From the NCBI RefSeq assembly GCF_009914755.1, contig NC_060938.1: a stretch of DNA of 64,000 bases; one strand, written 5' to 3'. The notes below the pieces were generated by a model. It worked only from the letters and a program-made list of their open reading frames with translations. It ran no database searches and was not told where the DNA came from. The stretch's first letter is position 1; every line of letters starts with the position of its first letter. This stretch comes from the human T2T-CHM13v2.0 reference genome, Homo sapiens. Below are positions 23,301 to 37,779 of the stretch, one piece after another. The translations under genes and the position numbers were made by a program.

Positions 23301-25173
23301 GTAGGTGCAGTATTGCAAATGTAGCTACCTGATAACTTATATCTCTAAATACCAATTATTTTAGTATTCATTGTTTAAAAAGTTTAATATATATTTATAT
23401 ATATTTGGTAATGATGAATATAGACAAGTTATATTATCTATGAGAGTGCTCATTACAAAATGTATGTTACAAAAGGGGAATTTTTGGTCTAAAAAGGTTG
23501 AGTTTTAACATTATACAAACATATATGTGACATATATCAATTTTAAAAGGCCAAGGAGAGATATTTGAGCCCACTGCAGTCAGAGACTAGGTTATAGACA
23601 GTATAAATCAATACCTGAGCTTTGTATATGGGTATTTGATTGAAATATCAAATTCAAGTAAAAAAATACTAACAATTATTTACATTATACTACACATATA
23701 TACATCAGAATATTTTGAAGGTGAGCACATATTTGGCAAATCATGCATAAATCTATATGAATTTTAAATAAAGGCACTCAAATTTCTACCCTTAATTAGA
23801 CACTATATTTAAATTTGGTTTGGACAGTTTCTCTGTCTTATTTTTAGAGCACTCCATTTAGAGGTAAAATAAAATAATTTATAAAAAGTTAGTGTTTGAC
23901 CTATTATATTGAAAATGTTAATATTGTTTCAAAAATGTACTATTGAGCAGTTAGAATATTTTGATTGACATAAATATTGCATGTACATGCCAAGATGATA
24001 TAGGCACACTCTTTTTAGCCAAATTATTCAAGTCTTGACTTCATGACTTTGATGCTTTGTATGTATTATTTATATATAAAACAACACAACACGACAGAAT
24101 ATATTTTAGATGAGGGAGTAGATTTGGAATATCTAAGGCAAAATCTCCGTTTCTTATCACAGATTTTTCTCCATTTAACCTCACTAATAATCTCAATATA
24201 CACTTTGTTTGCCTAGAAGATTCAGGTCATGAACAAATGGGTGAGACAAATAAACTCTAAAATTTGGGATCTGAATTATTATGTTAAATTCTGCCAGAGC
24301 TAATATTCAGACTGAGAATACATATCTCACTATAAAGTAACATGTTATAGTTATGTAAGAAAATATGCAGCTCTCAACTCTCATAATTCAACATTCTTAT
24401 AATCAACATTGATACAATCAACATAAGCATCTTTATACTGTCTTATCTATACTAAATTCAGATTTTCACTACATCAGCTAGACAATACATTTTTAAAAAT
24501 ATTACACAGAAGTGACCAGCCATCACGCCATCTTACTAAATGTTTCCTTTGCTTACTAGCTATGAAATCATATGCAAATGACTTTAACTTGCTAAGCTTC
24601 AGTTTCAAATGGAATAATTGTGGCATCTCATAGTATTGCAGTATTAAATGGAATAATGCCTATAAAGTTGTTTTATATAGTCCTTACATAAAAGAAACTC
24701 TTAGAAAATTTTAATACTAGGAATATTAACTATTGGTACTAGCAAAGTTCACAACTATCTGAACATTTTACTTTATTTTCTTATTTTTTTAAGAAACATG
24801 AGGAATAATAAAAGTTAAGGTGCTTATATTATTGCTAAAATGCTTAGTCTCACAAAATTAAAATAACACAGAGTTGGAAATTATTAGCTAAAGGCTTAAT
24901 GTGTCGAGTTGTTAGTATTAAACTCACACTCATTGAACCTAAGCTCAAGTTTACATACACTGAGTTTATATATGAAGGAAAATATCAAAATTAGAGATGA
25001 TGTATGAAATATGGAGGCTATATATTAGAAAAATTGTTTTGGAAAGATAACACATAATTTTACTTTTATAGTAGTTTTTAGCTCTTGGAATAAAAGTTTT
25101 ATCCTTATAATATCTACTAAATGTTTTCACAGTAAATTTTTGTTTTAAAGAAATATATTGTATATGAAAATAA

Positions 25174-25589
<416 letters not shown>

Positions 25590-26809
25590 TAGTAGATGTG
25601 AACATACAGAAGGAATTGAGATAATATATATGTGCTAACAGAATTTCTTTCCTTTAAAAAATTGAAAAAAGAAGTTATTAATGTAACTATCTTCTTATAT
25701 ACTGGCTTCCCTTGCAGAGGATGCTGCATAGGACACCCTATTTCTCATGATCTTATAGCATATTTTTTGAAATTCTGTATTTTACAAAATATATGGCTTT
25801 AAATTAAAAAAAATCTCTTTCTCAATTTACTTGTATCTTCCTGAGGGTCAAAGATGAAATGTTTTTGAAGAATATTACCATTATATTTCAAAGCAGCACA
25901 TTTTCCCCCAGGAGTTTGGTTCTACATGGTTTCCAATGTGCCAAATTTTTAAAATATTTGCATGTACATTCTATTAAAAACCTATTACATACCTCTCATA
26001 TAGTGAAACTAAGAAATATTCTTATTCCTCAAGGCAAAATTGTTACATGGTAATTTAAAAAATTGCTGAGAGTGATAGTAAGAAATTATGTATATTACCT
26101 ACTCGTTCTTTTCTTTGAGTGAAGGGACACAATTAATTTGGCCCACGGTCCCATTGATGATAATGTATATGGATCTAGAAAGTCAATGGTCAAGGTTTAA
26201 TAAGTGAGCCTATTTGTAAAGGCAATAAGCTAATAGACTGACTTAAAATACAGAACGTCTAACAAAGAGATGGAAGAACAAAAATTAGAGAAGTTAGTTA
26301 TCTTCAGGGGATGAATAGTAGAGATCATATTGAAGTTGTCACCGACAATGTAATGATCAAATGCTGGCAGATACTTCATGGCACAAAAATGATAAAATCT
26401 ATATATTTAATTGGCTCTGGTTTTAGGAAGTAATTTCTAAGTTCTGTATTTTAAAGCATAATTGACTTAGGGCAATTCTATAGAATGTACTATTTGTAAA
26501 CTGTTGATGTTTTGGTAACGACTAAATTTTCCTGAACTTATTCTCTCCACTTTATCTTCATCTATAAGTGTGTGGGACCTGGAAGCCAATGTGGGGATTC
26601 TGCTGAGAGTTGGGCATGTCAAATTTCAATTACCTATTCAGGAACAGGGGATGCAACCACAGGGACTGCACATGGAGACATGGGGCACACTGCAAATGTA
26701 AGAAGAGCCTGAGCTTAAAACTCCAGGTATCGCCAATTACTGGTGTATCACCACAGGTATCACCACTTTGACTGGTGGACCACCTTTGTGCTTTGAATCC
26801 CTAAGGAAA

Positions 26810-27138
26810 GGCCAGGCTTAGTGGCTCATGCCTGTAATCCCAGCACTTTGGGAGGCTGAAGCCAGCGAATCACTTGGGGTTAGGAGTTCAAGACCAGCCT
26901 GACCAACATGGCAAAACCCCATCTCCATTAAAAATATAAAAATTAGTTGGGCATGGTGGTGTACGCCTGTAATCCCGACTGCTCAGGATGCTAAGGCACG
27001 AGAATCGCTTGAACCCAGGAGAATCGCTTGAACCCAGGAGGAAGAGGTTGCAGTGAGCCAAGATTGTGCCACTGCACTCCAGTTTGGGCAACAGAGTGAC
27101 ACTCTGTCTCAAAAAAAAAAAAAATAAAATAAAATAAA
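26810..27138 (+). mobile_element. Full-length AluS with internal 19-bp tandem duplication
   Basis: TSD gaatccctaaggaaa (26795-26809) / gaatccctaggaaa (27139-27152); gagaatcgcttgaacccag twice at 27000-27037. Confidence 0.95.
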
Positions 27139-27599
27139 GAATCCCTAGGAAACAGTTCATTGAGAGCCTGTGTCTAGAGACCCCTGAAAGATCTTGGTAT
27201 TTCCTTTCTCCTGTGTGTGGTCACTTAAGAAAATGGGAAGTTACTTTAGGGAAGAAAAGAAAAAAAAGTCAGTATGCATTTGTATAGTGTTACACAGCCC
27301 TTCCTCAAGGGCTTCTTCAAACTTTTCTTCAGGTAAGAAACTTGAAGTCCATGAACTGGCTTCATTATGAAAACTGAATGGGAGGTTTTGGCTCTCCTGT
27401 GTGAAACTTAAAGTCCAGTTTCTAGCCCTGGGTTTTTCTATTAAACGCATCAGGCGACATTTTAGAACCTCCCCATCTATTTCCTTCCTTGGAAAAACAT
27501 AATCAGTTAACAACTGTCAGCTCTATGAGGGTCAAAACATTCAGACTACCACATTATCTCTACTTTCTGCTGCCCCTTATGGAAATTATTTTTACTTTG

Positions 27600-28430
27600 C
27601 TTCCCATGGCTAACTATTGCCATTTGGTCTTTGCCACTTGGAGATCCCATCAGCTCCACTAAAACCAGGGACCACATCTCACTACTGACACATCCTTCTT
27701 TCATCCTGGCCTACACAGACAAACCCCATAGAAATTTCCAAAGATATTGGTACTCCTATCACTGATGTATTTTTTCAATGTCTTAATAAAGTAAGTATTT
27801 TTTTTCCAGGAAGATATAGCGATCATCGGGATGTGCAGTTTCACAAGACAAATTTACTGCAACATCTCTATCTTCTTATCTTTTGGTTTCCTTCCTCTAC
27901 ATGATGTTAAGAAAGCGATGGCTTCTCAACTCTACCAAATAAACTGTTATAGGCACTTCCAGCTGCTAGAGCTAGCACATGACATCCAGGATCTCTTGCA
28001 ATGCCCTCACCAGTAAATTTAAACTTAATATTAAATTCCATTCTCCTTGATTTAACATTCTTAGAGTCCATTCACATGTATTTCTCAGATTTCTGCCAAT
28101 ACAAATTGGCATAACCTTGCAATTCCTTTGAGTATAAGTTATTTTCTCCTGCTCGTACTCTGCAGTTTTCTTTCCAGAGCATGATGAGATCTGACTCTAC
28201 TTATTGGTCTAATGGCCTTGAGGGATGATGGGGTCGACTTTGAGGAGAATGGGTATCCCTTTGTAGGATGGGACTGGAAAGTTAGGATCAAGATCACATG
28301 TGAAAGAGTTATTATCTTGTCTCAGCAGCTTCTTCCTCACCCTGGACAGAGGCCTGGGCCTCTGAGCTCACGTAAGCATCCCTGTGCTTGGAAAGGGAGT
28401 CTTACCACCTTGGGGTTCCAAGTGGTTACC
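27600..28430 (-). pseudogene. Ancient ERV-L-class gag remnant (ERV3-16A3/ERVL-E-like internal sequence)
   Basis: Manual minus-strand translation across frameshifts: SKELQGYANLYWQKSEKYM (28131-28075), EWTLRMLNQGEWNL (28073-28032), RDPGCHVLALAAGSAYNSLFG (27996-27934), collinear with ERV-L Gag. Outer boundaries are approximate. Confidence 0.75.
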
Positions 28431-28689
28431 TAGATTGATGAGACCCTGAAATCTTTTGAAACAAAATCTAAAAGCCTGATGCCACTGGTACTGTCAAGGA
28501 AGATTTGTTCTTGTCTGCAACTAATTGGCTTTTACATAGCTTTGTATATAAAATTCATCACAGTTTTATTAGAAGTTGGGAAATGCTGAATCAGGGAATT
28601 GTTTGAATAAGAATGATGTAAAGGATGCTATCACAGAAGGATAATATCATTATCATCAACTAATGGTCAGGTAGTTCTCAGTGAATTAA

Positions 28690-28890
28690 AAGTACTGAGG
28701 CTGGGCTTAAGGAATATATCAAGGTTGCCTGACTCAGACACTGACTGGCTGTGACTTTGGGAAAATCATTTAATCTGAGCCCCAAGTATTTTTTATGTGA
28801 GATGGTAAAGTAATGCCACCTGACTACCCACAATACAATTATAAGGATAAAATAAGGGTGAGGTTTGCTAGAATGGTGCACAGTACAGGG
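28690..28890 (+). mobile_element. MIR
   Basis: Core ggctgtgactttgggaaaatcatttaatctgagcc. Confidence 0.7.
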
Positions 28891-29569
28891 CAAAGGATTT
28901 AAGGATAAAAATGTGGATATCTACACACAAAAAAATCTGTTCTAATTCTTATTTTCTGTTGTGAGACAAGAATGAGATTGGTATATGATTGCAGTGGTCA
29001 TGCATTGATTTTATTTTATTTTAAGGAATATAGCTCCCTGTTGAAGCATATGGGAATTTGTTATATTATTCTATCTGTTTTTGTGTATGTATTGATTCTA
29101 CATGATAATGTTAAGAAGTTAAAAAACTACAGGACCATAATTTAGAATCATTCTATATTTGGAGTGGTGTTAAGGAATAAAGCTTTTGTTACAAAAGAAA
29201 GATGATTAGAAACAATTATGAAAAAAGTAAGTGTAAGAAGGAGGGTGATGAAGATAATAATGAATCAAAAAGTAAGAGTTATGCTTGATGCTGGAAAGGA
29301 ATTGAGAAGGGGCAAATGAAATCTATTTTTTTGTAAAGAAACAAAGGGTAGAAAATAGTAGTAAAAAGAAAAGAGAGGAAATCAAAAGACATTAAATACA
29401 ATAATTCAGTGGATGGACAGGCAAGAGGCTCCCCATCCATGCCCAAGATTTCTGCTACCATATATGTGTGGAAGAGTTTCAAATTTATGAGACTTTAACC
29501 TGGACTAGTTTCCAGAAGCCTATGCCCAATGGGTTACTGGATATGTCTTCTTAAAGTCCTGCAGTCCTT

Positions 29570-30460
29570 CAAACTTGGCATGTCCGAGGCAGCAATTATT
29601 TCCAATTCCTCCCTGCCCCAAAATCGCACACACTTGCACACATACTCACTTGCTCTTCATTCTTATTCTCCTTGTCCTGGCTAATGCCACCCAAACATCC
29701 ACTCACCCACACACTTTTTCTTCTCCATTCCTCCCCATGTCCAATTGGCTATCAAGTCTTACTGCTTCTGCCTTCTGAACATATTTGTCATATTTGAACA
29801 AATTTGTCATATACTTAATTTGTATTCTTCTCAGATGTATTACAGAATGTTCCTAGCTGATCATCCTACCTGATCATCCTTTCAGTGCTGACTTTGTCTA
29901 AAGTGTGGTCTTTCTAAAGCCCAGATCTGATAGTGCTACGCCTCTGCTTAAAAGTCAAACAGTTTTGCTTTATATATTAGGCCCTCTATGATCGATTCCT
30001 TGCCTGCCTATTTAGCATTATTAGGTGCTAATTCACACTTGCCACCTTTCTATTGGTATAAGACTAATTGCAGTTTTTCCAACATGGCATGCATATTTAT
30101 CCTTATGTGTTTTTACACCTGCTTTTTTCTCCACATGGAGTGTTTTTCTGTCTAGTTGATGAACTTTTGGTCAATCTTTTAAGAGCAGATTTAATAACCC
30201 CTTTCTCTGTGAAGCCTTCATTGACACAAATACCATGCCAACTCAAGCATAACATAATTAATATTCCCTTTAAGCTAACCATTGTCTCTTGTACATACCA
30301 CTGATATGATACCTGATGCCATGTGTTTTCACGTCTGTCTCATAGTCTGAACTTGTCGAGGTCAGAAATCTTGTTTTGGATGTTTCTATATCCTCAACGA
30401 CAAGCTCAATACCTGGTACATAAAAGGCTTTCATTCAGTGTTTAATGAGGAATGAATGCA
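29570..30460 (+). mobile_element. L2 3' portion
   Basis: tctttctaaagcccagatctgat, ctctgtgaagccttc, tacctggtacataaaagg, tail aatgaggaatgaatg. Confidence 0.75.
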
Positions 30461-32993
30461 TACCTTCAATATCTGATTACTGGAGTTTGACATTAGCAGA
30501 TCCTATTGATGTTTTTATGTCCTGAGCATAGTGCCATTTGTAATGAGTCCACATGGCTGCTTTGAGACTCCAATGCCACCTGCTTTCATCACTGGTTATC
30601 TCTGGCTGCAGTTGCTCCATGGCAGAAATAACATATATTTCATGGACAACAAAGATATTTCAGAGTGAGTCCTCAAAGCCAAAGCCCTTTCACTGGTCAT
30701 CCTACCTATCTTTGTGGTCACTGATTGGTAACTGTTTAGAGTTATTTCCAGATATGAATCCTGTGCCATTCTCACTTAGGAAGTGATATTTTGTCGTTTA
30801 TCCTGGTTTTTGCCGAGGTAGGGGAAAATCTCTTGTTTAGCGAGAGAAAATGCAAGTGCTATAGATAGCCAGAAGAGAGACGACAGTCCTAGATCTAATA
30901 GTTTATAGTGCCTATTTCCCAGCTACCCTCTCCTGATAGTTGACCTCAGTTCTGGTGAAAATGTTTGGCTGCATTTTTCCAGCCCCATCACAAATGTTAA
31001 TTTAATTATCAAACACCAGTGATGTCAGCATTGTCACTCATCCTGCTTAGGCTTAGGTGCTTTTTGAGTTACTTTTATAACACTTTTTCAAATGGTAGGT
31101 AAAGTAATTGGGGAAAGGGTTACATTTACAAGTTAGCTATGCTTCCCTCAGTATGCTTTCTCTGATTTGCTTGTATTTGACTTGAAAATCAAAAGTCAGT
31201 GTTCAGTGGTACTGCTATTCATTGGCTGTGATATTTATTTTATGAGATACTCATAAAGGGAGGGAGTATTTTGAAATAGAGCTATTTACCTTTAGTAGCT
31301 CTAATGCATGTGCTCGTTAATGGCACTTTCTCATTATCCAAGATAGGGCACTTGAATTGATAAACTGATGCTGCTTGGTTTGGATAATCAACTTCTGTGA
31401 ACTGAGTGTGCAATACACTTAGCAAGCACAGTATGGGAAACTAGAATTTTGAGGAATATGCCTCCTAGGTAACTAGTTTTCAAAGCAGAATCACTACACT
31501 TCCTTAATAAAAATAAGACCATAGAGTATGCAAAACATACTAACATTTTAGTTAATGTATCCTTGCTTCTTGGAAATACAAAGCTAAAATTTACCTTTAA
31601 AAGTCATCTTGTAAAGAATTCTGAGATGGAAAATCTGTAAATGTTTGAAGGGCATGGAGAATTTGAGATATTTCCTAGCCAAGAGTTTAGATGAAAATCT
31701 AGGCAATTATGGTGGCCTTTTATAGCCTTCAAGCATATCTAAAGACATATTAAGCACACAGTGCTTTGATGAAGCAGGGGAAAAATGTAAAATAATTTGT
31801 TGGAAAATGTTTTGTAACTAATGGATTGTGGTATTAAAAAGTGAGAATGGATTAATATTCATTGAAATCTCAAAGGAGTTTATAAAAATCCTATGGGACA
31901 ATTGAGTGACAGCTACAAGATAATGACTTAAAGATGTGATTATTTCCTGTGAAATCTTAAACAAGGGGATCGTTGGAACCAAAGGATTCTAGGACTCTTG
32001 GTGCCAACAGAGCTACTCTACTATTTATTTGAAGCCAGTTGACTGAACCTACCTTATACCACAATCAAACCCCCAAGGGCATCAAATAGGATAAAAGAAA
32101 AAAGCACCCATCCAAAAGATAACAGCCTCAAAGCCTGAAGGAACATCAGCCAACAAAAATGAGGAAAAAACAGCACAAGAACTCTGACACTCAAAAAGTC
32201 AGAGTGTCTTCTTTTCTCTAAACAACCACAATAGTTCTCCTGCCAGGCTTCTTAACTGGGCTGAGATGGCTGAAATGACAGAAATAGAATTCAGAATATG
32301 GATAGAAACAAAGGTCATTGAGATTCAGGAGAACATTGAAACTCAATCCAATAGGAACAAAGATCATAAAGATTCAGGAGAAAATTGAATCCTAATTCTT
32401 AGGAAGCTAAGAATCACCATAAAATGATACAGGAGCTGACAGACAAATAGCCAGGATAGAAAAGAAGGTAACTGACCTGATAAAACTGAAAAACATAAGA
32501 ATTTTATAATGCAATTGCAGGTATTAACAGCAGAATAACCAAGGTGAGGAAAGAATCACAAAGCTTCAAGACTGGTTTTCTGAAATAAGACAATCAGACA
32601 ATAATTTTAAAAAAGAATAAAAAGGAACAAATAAAACCTCCAAGAAATATGGGATTATGTAAAAGACTAAATCTATGACTCATTGGTGTCCCTGAAAGAG
32701 GTGAGGAGAATGGAAGCAACTTGGAAAATATATTTAAGGATATAATCCATGAAAACTTCCCCAACCTAGCTAGAAAGGCCAAAATTCAAATTCAGAAAAT
32801 GCAGAGAACCCCCACATGACACTTAACTAAAAGGTCACCTTCAAGGCACATAATTGTCAGATTCTCCAAAGTCAAAATGAAAGAAGAAATGTTAAAGGCA
32901 GCTGGAGAGAAAGGACAGGTCACCTACAAAGGCAAATCCATCAGACTAACAGCAGACTGCTCAGCAGAAATTCTACAAGCCAGGAGAGATTAG

Positions 32994-33328
<335 letters not shown>

Positions 33329-34678
33329 CAACATTCTTAAAGGAAAGAAATTCCAATCAAAAATTTCACATCCAGTGAAAATAAGCTTCATAAGCATAGG
33401 AGAAATATCCTTTTTAGACAAGCAAATGCTGAGGAAATTTGTTACCACCAGACCTGCCTTAGAAGACTTTCTGAAAGAAGCACTAAATATGAAAGGAAAG
33501 ACCATTACCAGCCATTACAAAACCACATTTAAGTACACAGACCAGTGACACTATAAAGCAACCACAGAAACAAGTTGGCATAATAAACAGCTAAACATGA
33601 TGACTGGATCAAATCCATACATACTAATACTAACCTGGGATGTAAATTGGCTAAATACCCCAGTTAAAAGGCACAGAGTGGAAAGCTAATTAAAGAAGCA
33701 AGACATAATGGTATGGTCTTCAAGAGACCCATTTCACCTGCAATGACAGCCGTAGGCTCAAAATAAAGAAATGAAAAATAATCTACCCAGGAAATGGAAA
33801 ACACAAAAAAGCAGGGATTACAATCCTAGTTTCTGATAAAACAAACATTAAACCAAGAAGGATCAAAAAAGACAAAGAAGGGAATTACATAATGTTAAAG
33901 TATTCAATTTAACAAGAAGACATAACTATCCTAAATATATATGCACCCAATATAGGAGCACCCAGATTCATAAAGCAAGTTCTTAGAGACCTTCAAAGAG
34001 ACCTAGACTCCCACACGATAATAGTGGGAGACTTCAACACCTTACTGACAGTATTAGACAGATCATTGAGGCAGAAAATTAACAAAGATATTCTGGACTG
34101 CACTTAACACTGGACCAAAGGGATGTGATAGACATCTACAGAACTCTCCCCACCAAAACAAAAGAATACATTCTTCTCATCACCACACAGCACGTACTCT
34201 AAAACTGACCACACAATGGAACATAAAACACTTCTCAGCAAATACAAAAGAACGAAAATCATAGCAACCACTCTCTCAGACCACAGCACAATAAAAATAA
34301 AAGGACCAAGAAAATCACTTAAAACCATACAATTACATGGAAATTTAACAAGCTGCTCCTGAATGACTTTTGGGTAAATAATGAAATTAAGGCAGAAGTC
34401 AAGAAGTGCTTTGAAACTAATGAGAACAAAAACAAAACATATCAGATTCTATTGGACACAGCTAAGGCAGTGTTAAGAGGGAAATTTACAGCACTAAATG
34501 CCCACAATACAAAGTTAGAAAGATCTCAAATTAACAAACTAACATCACAACAAAAAGTACTACAGAAGCAAGAGCAAACTAACCCCAAAGCTAGCAGAAG
34601 ACAAAAATAATTGAAGTCAGAGCTGAAATGAAAGCGATTGAGACACACAAAAGAATTGTCTAAAATATCAACAAATCC

Positions 34679-34817
34679 TAGATACTTGGGAGGCTGAGGT
34701 AGGAGAATCGCTGAAACCCGGGAGGCAGAGGCTGCAGTGACCTGAGATCATGCCACTTCAGTCCAGCCTGGGCAACATAGTGAGACTGCATCTCAAAATA
34801 AATAAATAAATAAAATA
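34679..34817 (+). mobile_element. 5'-truncated Alu (right arm) nested in L1 ORF2
   Basis: tacttgggaggctgagg...tctcaaaa(taaa)n; short TSD aaatcc; L1 resumes afterwards. Confidence 0.88.
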
Positions 34818-36894
34818 AATCCAGGAGTTGTTTTTTTTAATTAATAAGGTAAATAGATCACTAGCTAGACTAATAAGGAAGAAAAGAGAGAAGATCCAAA
34901 TAAACGCAATTAGAAATGACGAAGGGGATATTACCATTGATGCGACAGAAATACAAATATCCATCAGAGACTATGATGAATACCTCTATGCACACAAACT
35001 AGAAAATCTAGAAGAAATTGATAAATTTCTGGACACATACACCCTCCCAAGACTGAAGCAGGAAGAAATGAAATCACTGAACAGACCAATAATGAGCTCC
35101 AAAATTGAATCAGTAATAAATAGCCTAACAATCAAAAAAATCCCAGGACTGGATGGATTCACAGATGAATTCTACAAGATGTACAAAGAAGAGCTCATGC
35201 CATTTCTACTAAAACTATTAAAAAGCAATGAGTAGAAAGGACTCCTTCCCAACTCATTCTATGAGACCAGCATCATCCTAATACCAAAACGTGGCAGGGC
35301 CACGACAAAAAAAGAAAACTTCAGGCCAATATTCTTGATGAACTTTGATGCAAAAATCCTGTACAAAATACTAGCAAACTGAATCCACCAGCACATCAAA
35401 AAGCTTATCCACCATGATCAATTAGGCTATATCCCTGAGATGCAAGGTTGGTTCAACACACTTAAATCAATAAATGTGATTTATCACATAAACAGAACTA
35501 AAAATAACCACATGATTATTTAAATAGATGAAGAAAGGCTTTAGATAAAATCCAACAACCCTTCATGTTAAAACCTTTCAACAAACTAGGTGTTGAAGGA
35601 ACATACCCCAAAATAGTAAGCACTATCTATGACAAAACCACAGTCAACATCATACTGAATGTGCAAAAGCTGGAAGCATCCCCCTTGAAAACTGGCACAG
35701 GACAAGGATGCTCTCTCTCACCACTCCTACTCAACATAGTAGTGGAAGTCCTGGCCAGAGCAAACAGGCAAGAGAAAGAAATAAAGGGCATTCGAATAGG
35801 AAGACAGGAAGTCAAACTATCCCTGTTTGCAGATGACATGATTGTATATCTAGAAAACCCCATAGTCGAGAACAAAAAGTTCTGTAAGCTGAGGACCAAC
35901 TTCAGCAAAGTCTCAGGATACAAAAATCAATGTACAAAAATGACTAACATTCCTCTACACCAACAATAGCCAAGCAAACAACCAAATCGGGAACACAATT
36001 TCATTCACAACTGCCACAAAAAGAGTAAAATACCTAGGAATACAGCTAACCGGGGAGGTGGAAAATCTCCATTATGAGTAGTAACAAAACATTGCTCAAA
36101 GAAATTAGAGATGATAACAAACAAATGGAAAAAACATTTTATGCTCACGGATAGAAAGAAACAATATAATTAAAATGGCCATACTGTCCAAAGCAATGTA
36201 TAGTTTAAGTGCTATTCCTATCAAACTACCAATGTCATTCTTCTCAGAACTAGAAAAAAAAAAACTATTTTAAAATTTATATGGAACCAAAAAAGAGTCC
36301 AAAATACTGTTCAAACCAGAAATCCCATTACTGGGTATATGCCCAAAGGAATATAAATCATTCTATCATAAATACATGTGTACTTGAATGTTCAATGCAA
36401 AACTATTTACAATAGCAAAGACATGAAATCAACCTAAGTACCCATAACAATAGATTGGATAAAGGTAATATGGTACATATACACCATGGAATACAATGTA
36501 GCCATAAAAAGAATAAAATCATGTCTTTCGTGTGCATGGATGGAGCTGGAGGTCATTACTTTTGGCAAACTAACACAGAAACAGAAAACCAAATACTGCA
36601 TGTTCTCACTTATAAGTGGGAGCTAAATGATGAGAACACATGGACACAAAGTGGGGAACAACAGACACCGGGGCCTACTTGAGGGTGGAGGGTGGGAATA
36701 GGAAGAGGATCAGGAAAAATAACTATTTGGTACTAGGCTTAGTATCTGGGTGACAGAATAATCTGTACAACAAACTCCTGTGAGTTTACCTACATAACAA
36801 ACCTGCACATGTATTCCTGAACCTAAAATAAAATTTTTTTTAATGAAGTGAGAAAGCTCAGGACCTTCCAATTATGAGACTGGTGGATTTGTTA

Positions 36895-36998
36895 ATAAAC
36901 TTGACTTAGTCACTTACAATGTATACATGTATTAAAACATCATGTTAAGACCATAGATATATCCATATTTTGTCAATTAAAAATAAATAATTTTAAAA
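36895..36998 (+). mobile_element. L1MA 3' terminal fragment
   Basis: acaatgtatacatgtattaaaacatcatgtt...ttttgtcaattaaaaataaa. Confidence 0.7.
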
Positions 36999-37584
36999 AG
37001 ACATGTATGTAAAAAGTGAGAATGCAAAGATGTTACTTATGAATCTTATCTAAAGAAAAAGATAAGAATTTATAGCGCATATTCAAATTATGTTCAATCT
37101 TTTCTAAGTAAGAAATCCTGATTCAGTCCCATAGAAGCTGTAATAAAAGCTCAGTTTTATTATACTCTATTATGTTAATAATACCCTCTTGTATTATTTA
37201 TGGTCTCATGATCCTGTCCACAGAAATAGAATAACAGGGTACTAGATCCAAGTTGAGACAGGATGGCCTTCAAGATTCCTGGTGAGGAGCAAGTACAAAC
37301 GGAGATATTCCAGGAGCAAACCTAAAGAGAAAGCACTGTAGGAAATATAGCCAAGACATCAGTCCACAGGGGCTTTGCTAATTTCATAAGGGGCCTGGGC
37401 CCTTGATAAGCATGAAGGGTGAACAGTTAAGAGTCTTAAACTGGCTCAGACAGCAGTCAAATGTGTAGGAAATGTGTATAAATGGCATTTAAAAGAGAAT
37501 TCTTGAATATTGTATATGACAATGATTTCAATATACAGTTAAGAAAAAAATAGAACATAAAGTTGTGTATGCAACATGATCCAG

Positions 37585-37588
<4 letters not shown>

Positions 37589-37620
<32 letters not shown>
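37589..37620. repeat. (CA)n microsatellite
   Basis: Direct reading, about 16 units. Confidence 0.98.
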
Positions 37621-37622
<2 letters not shown>

Positions 37623-37779
37623 TACAAGTAGCCATAGGGAAAAAAAGCTAGAAACCATCTCTAGGTAGCATTATGGTTATTTTTTATGACTTCTTTGGCA
37701 GGTTCTGTGTCCCAAATATTCTATTACAAGCACACATTACTTTTGAAATCAATAATTAAAAAGTGCAAGCATGGAAACT

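Noticed and set aside
26723-26785. Short gtatcaccac-like repeats
   Set aside because: Only three degenerate ~10-mers with irregular spacing; not a CRISPR-like array and too short to interpret.
27241-27513. 90-aa minus-strand ORF that looked like a processed pseudogene
   Set aside because: No protein family recognised, no ATG start, and it lies directly downstream of the ERV-L gag remnant, so it is probably degraded retroviral or chance sequence.
30460-31980. Repeat-poor unique stretch with a few CpGs and CRE/AP-1-like words
   Set aside because: Isolated short motifs are expected by chance; an enhancer cannot be supported without conservation or chromatin data.
34828-35969. 135-aa and 134-aa ORFs with RT motifs
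   Set aside because: Pieces of a disrupted L1 ORF2; not an active element.
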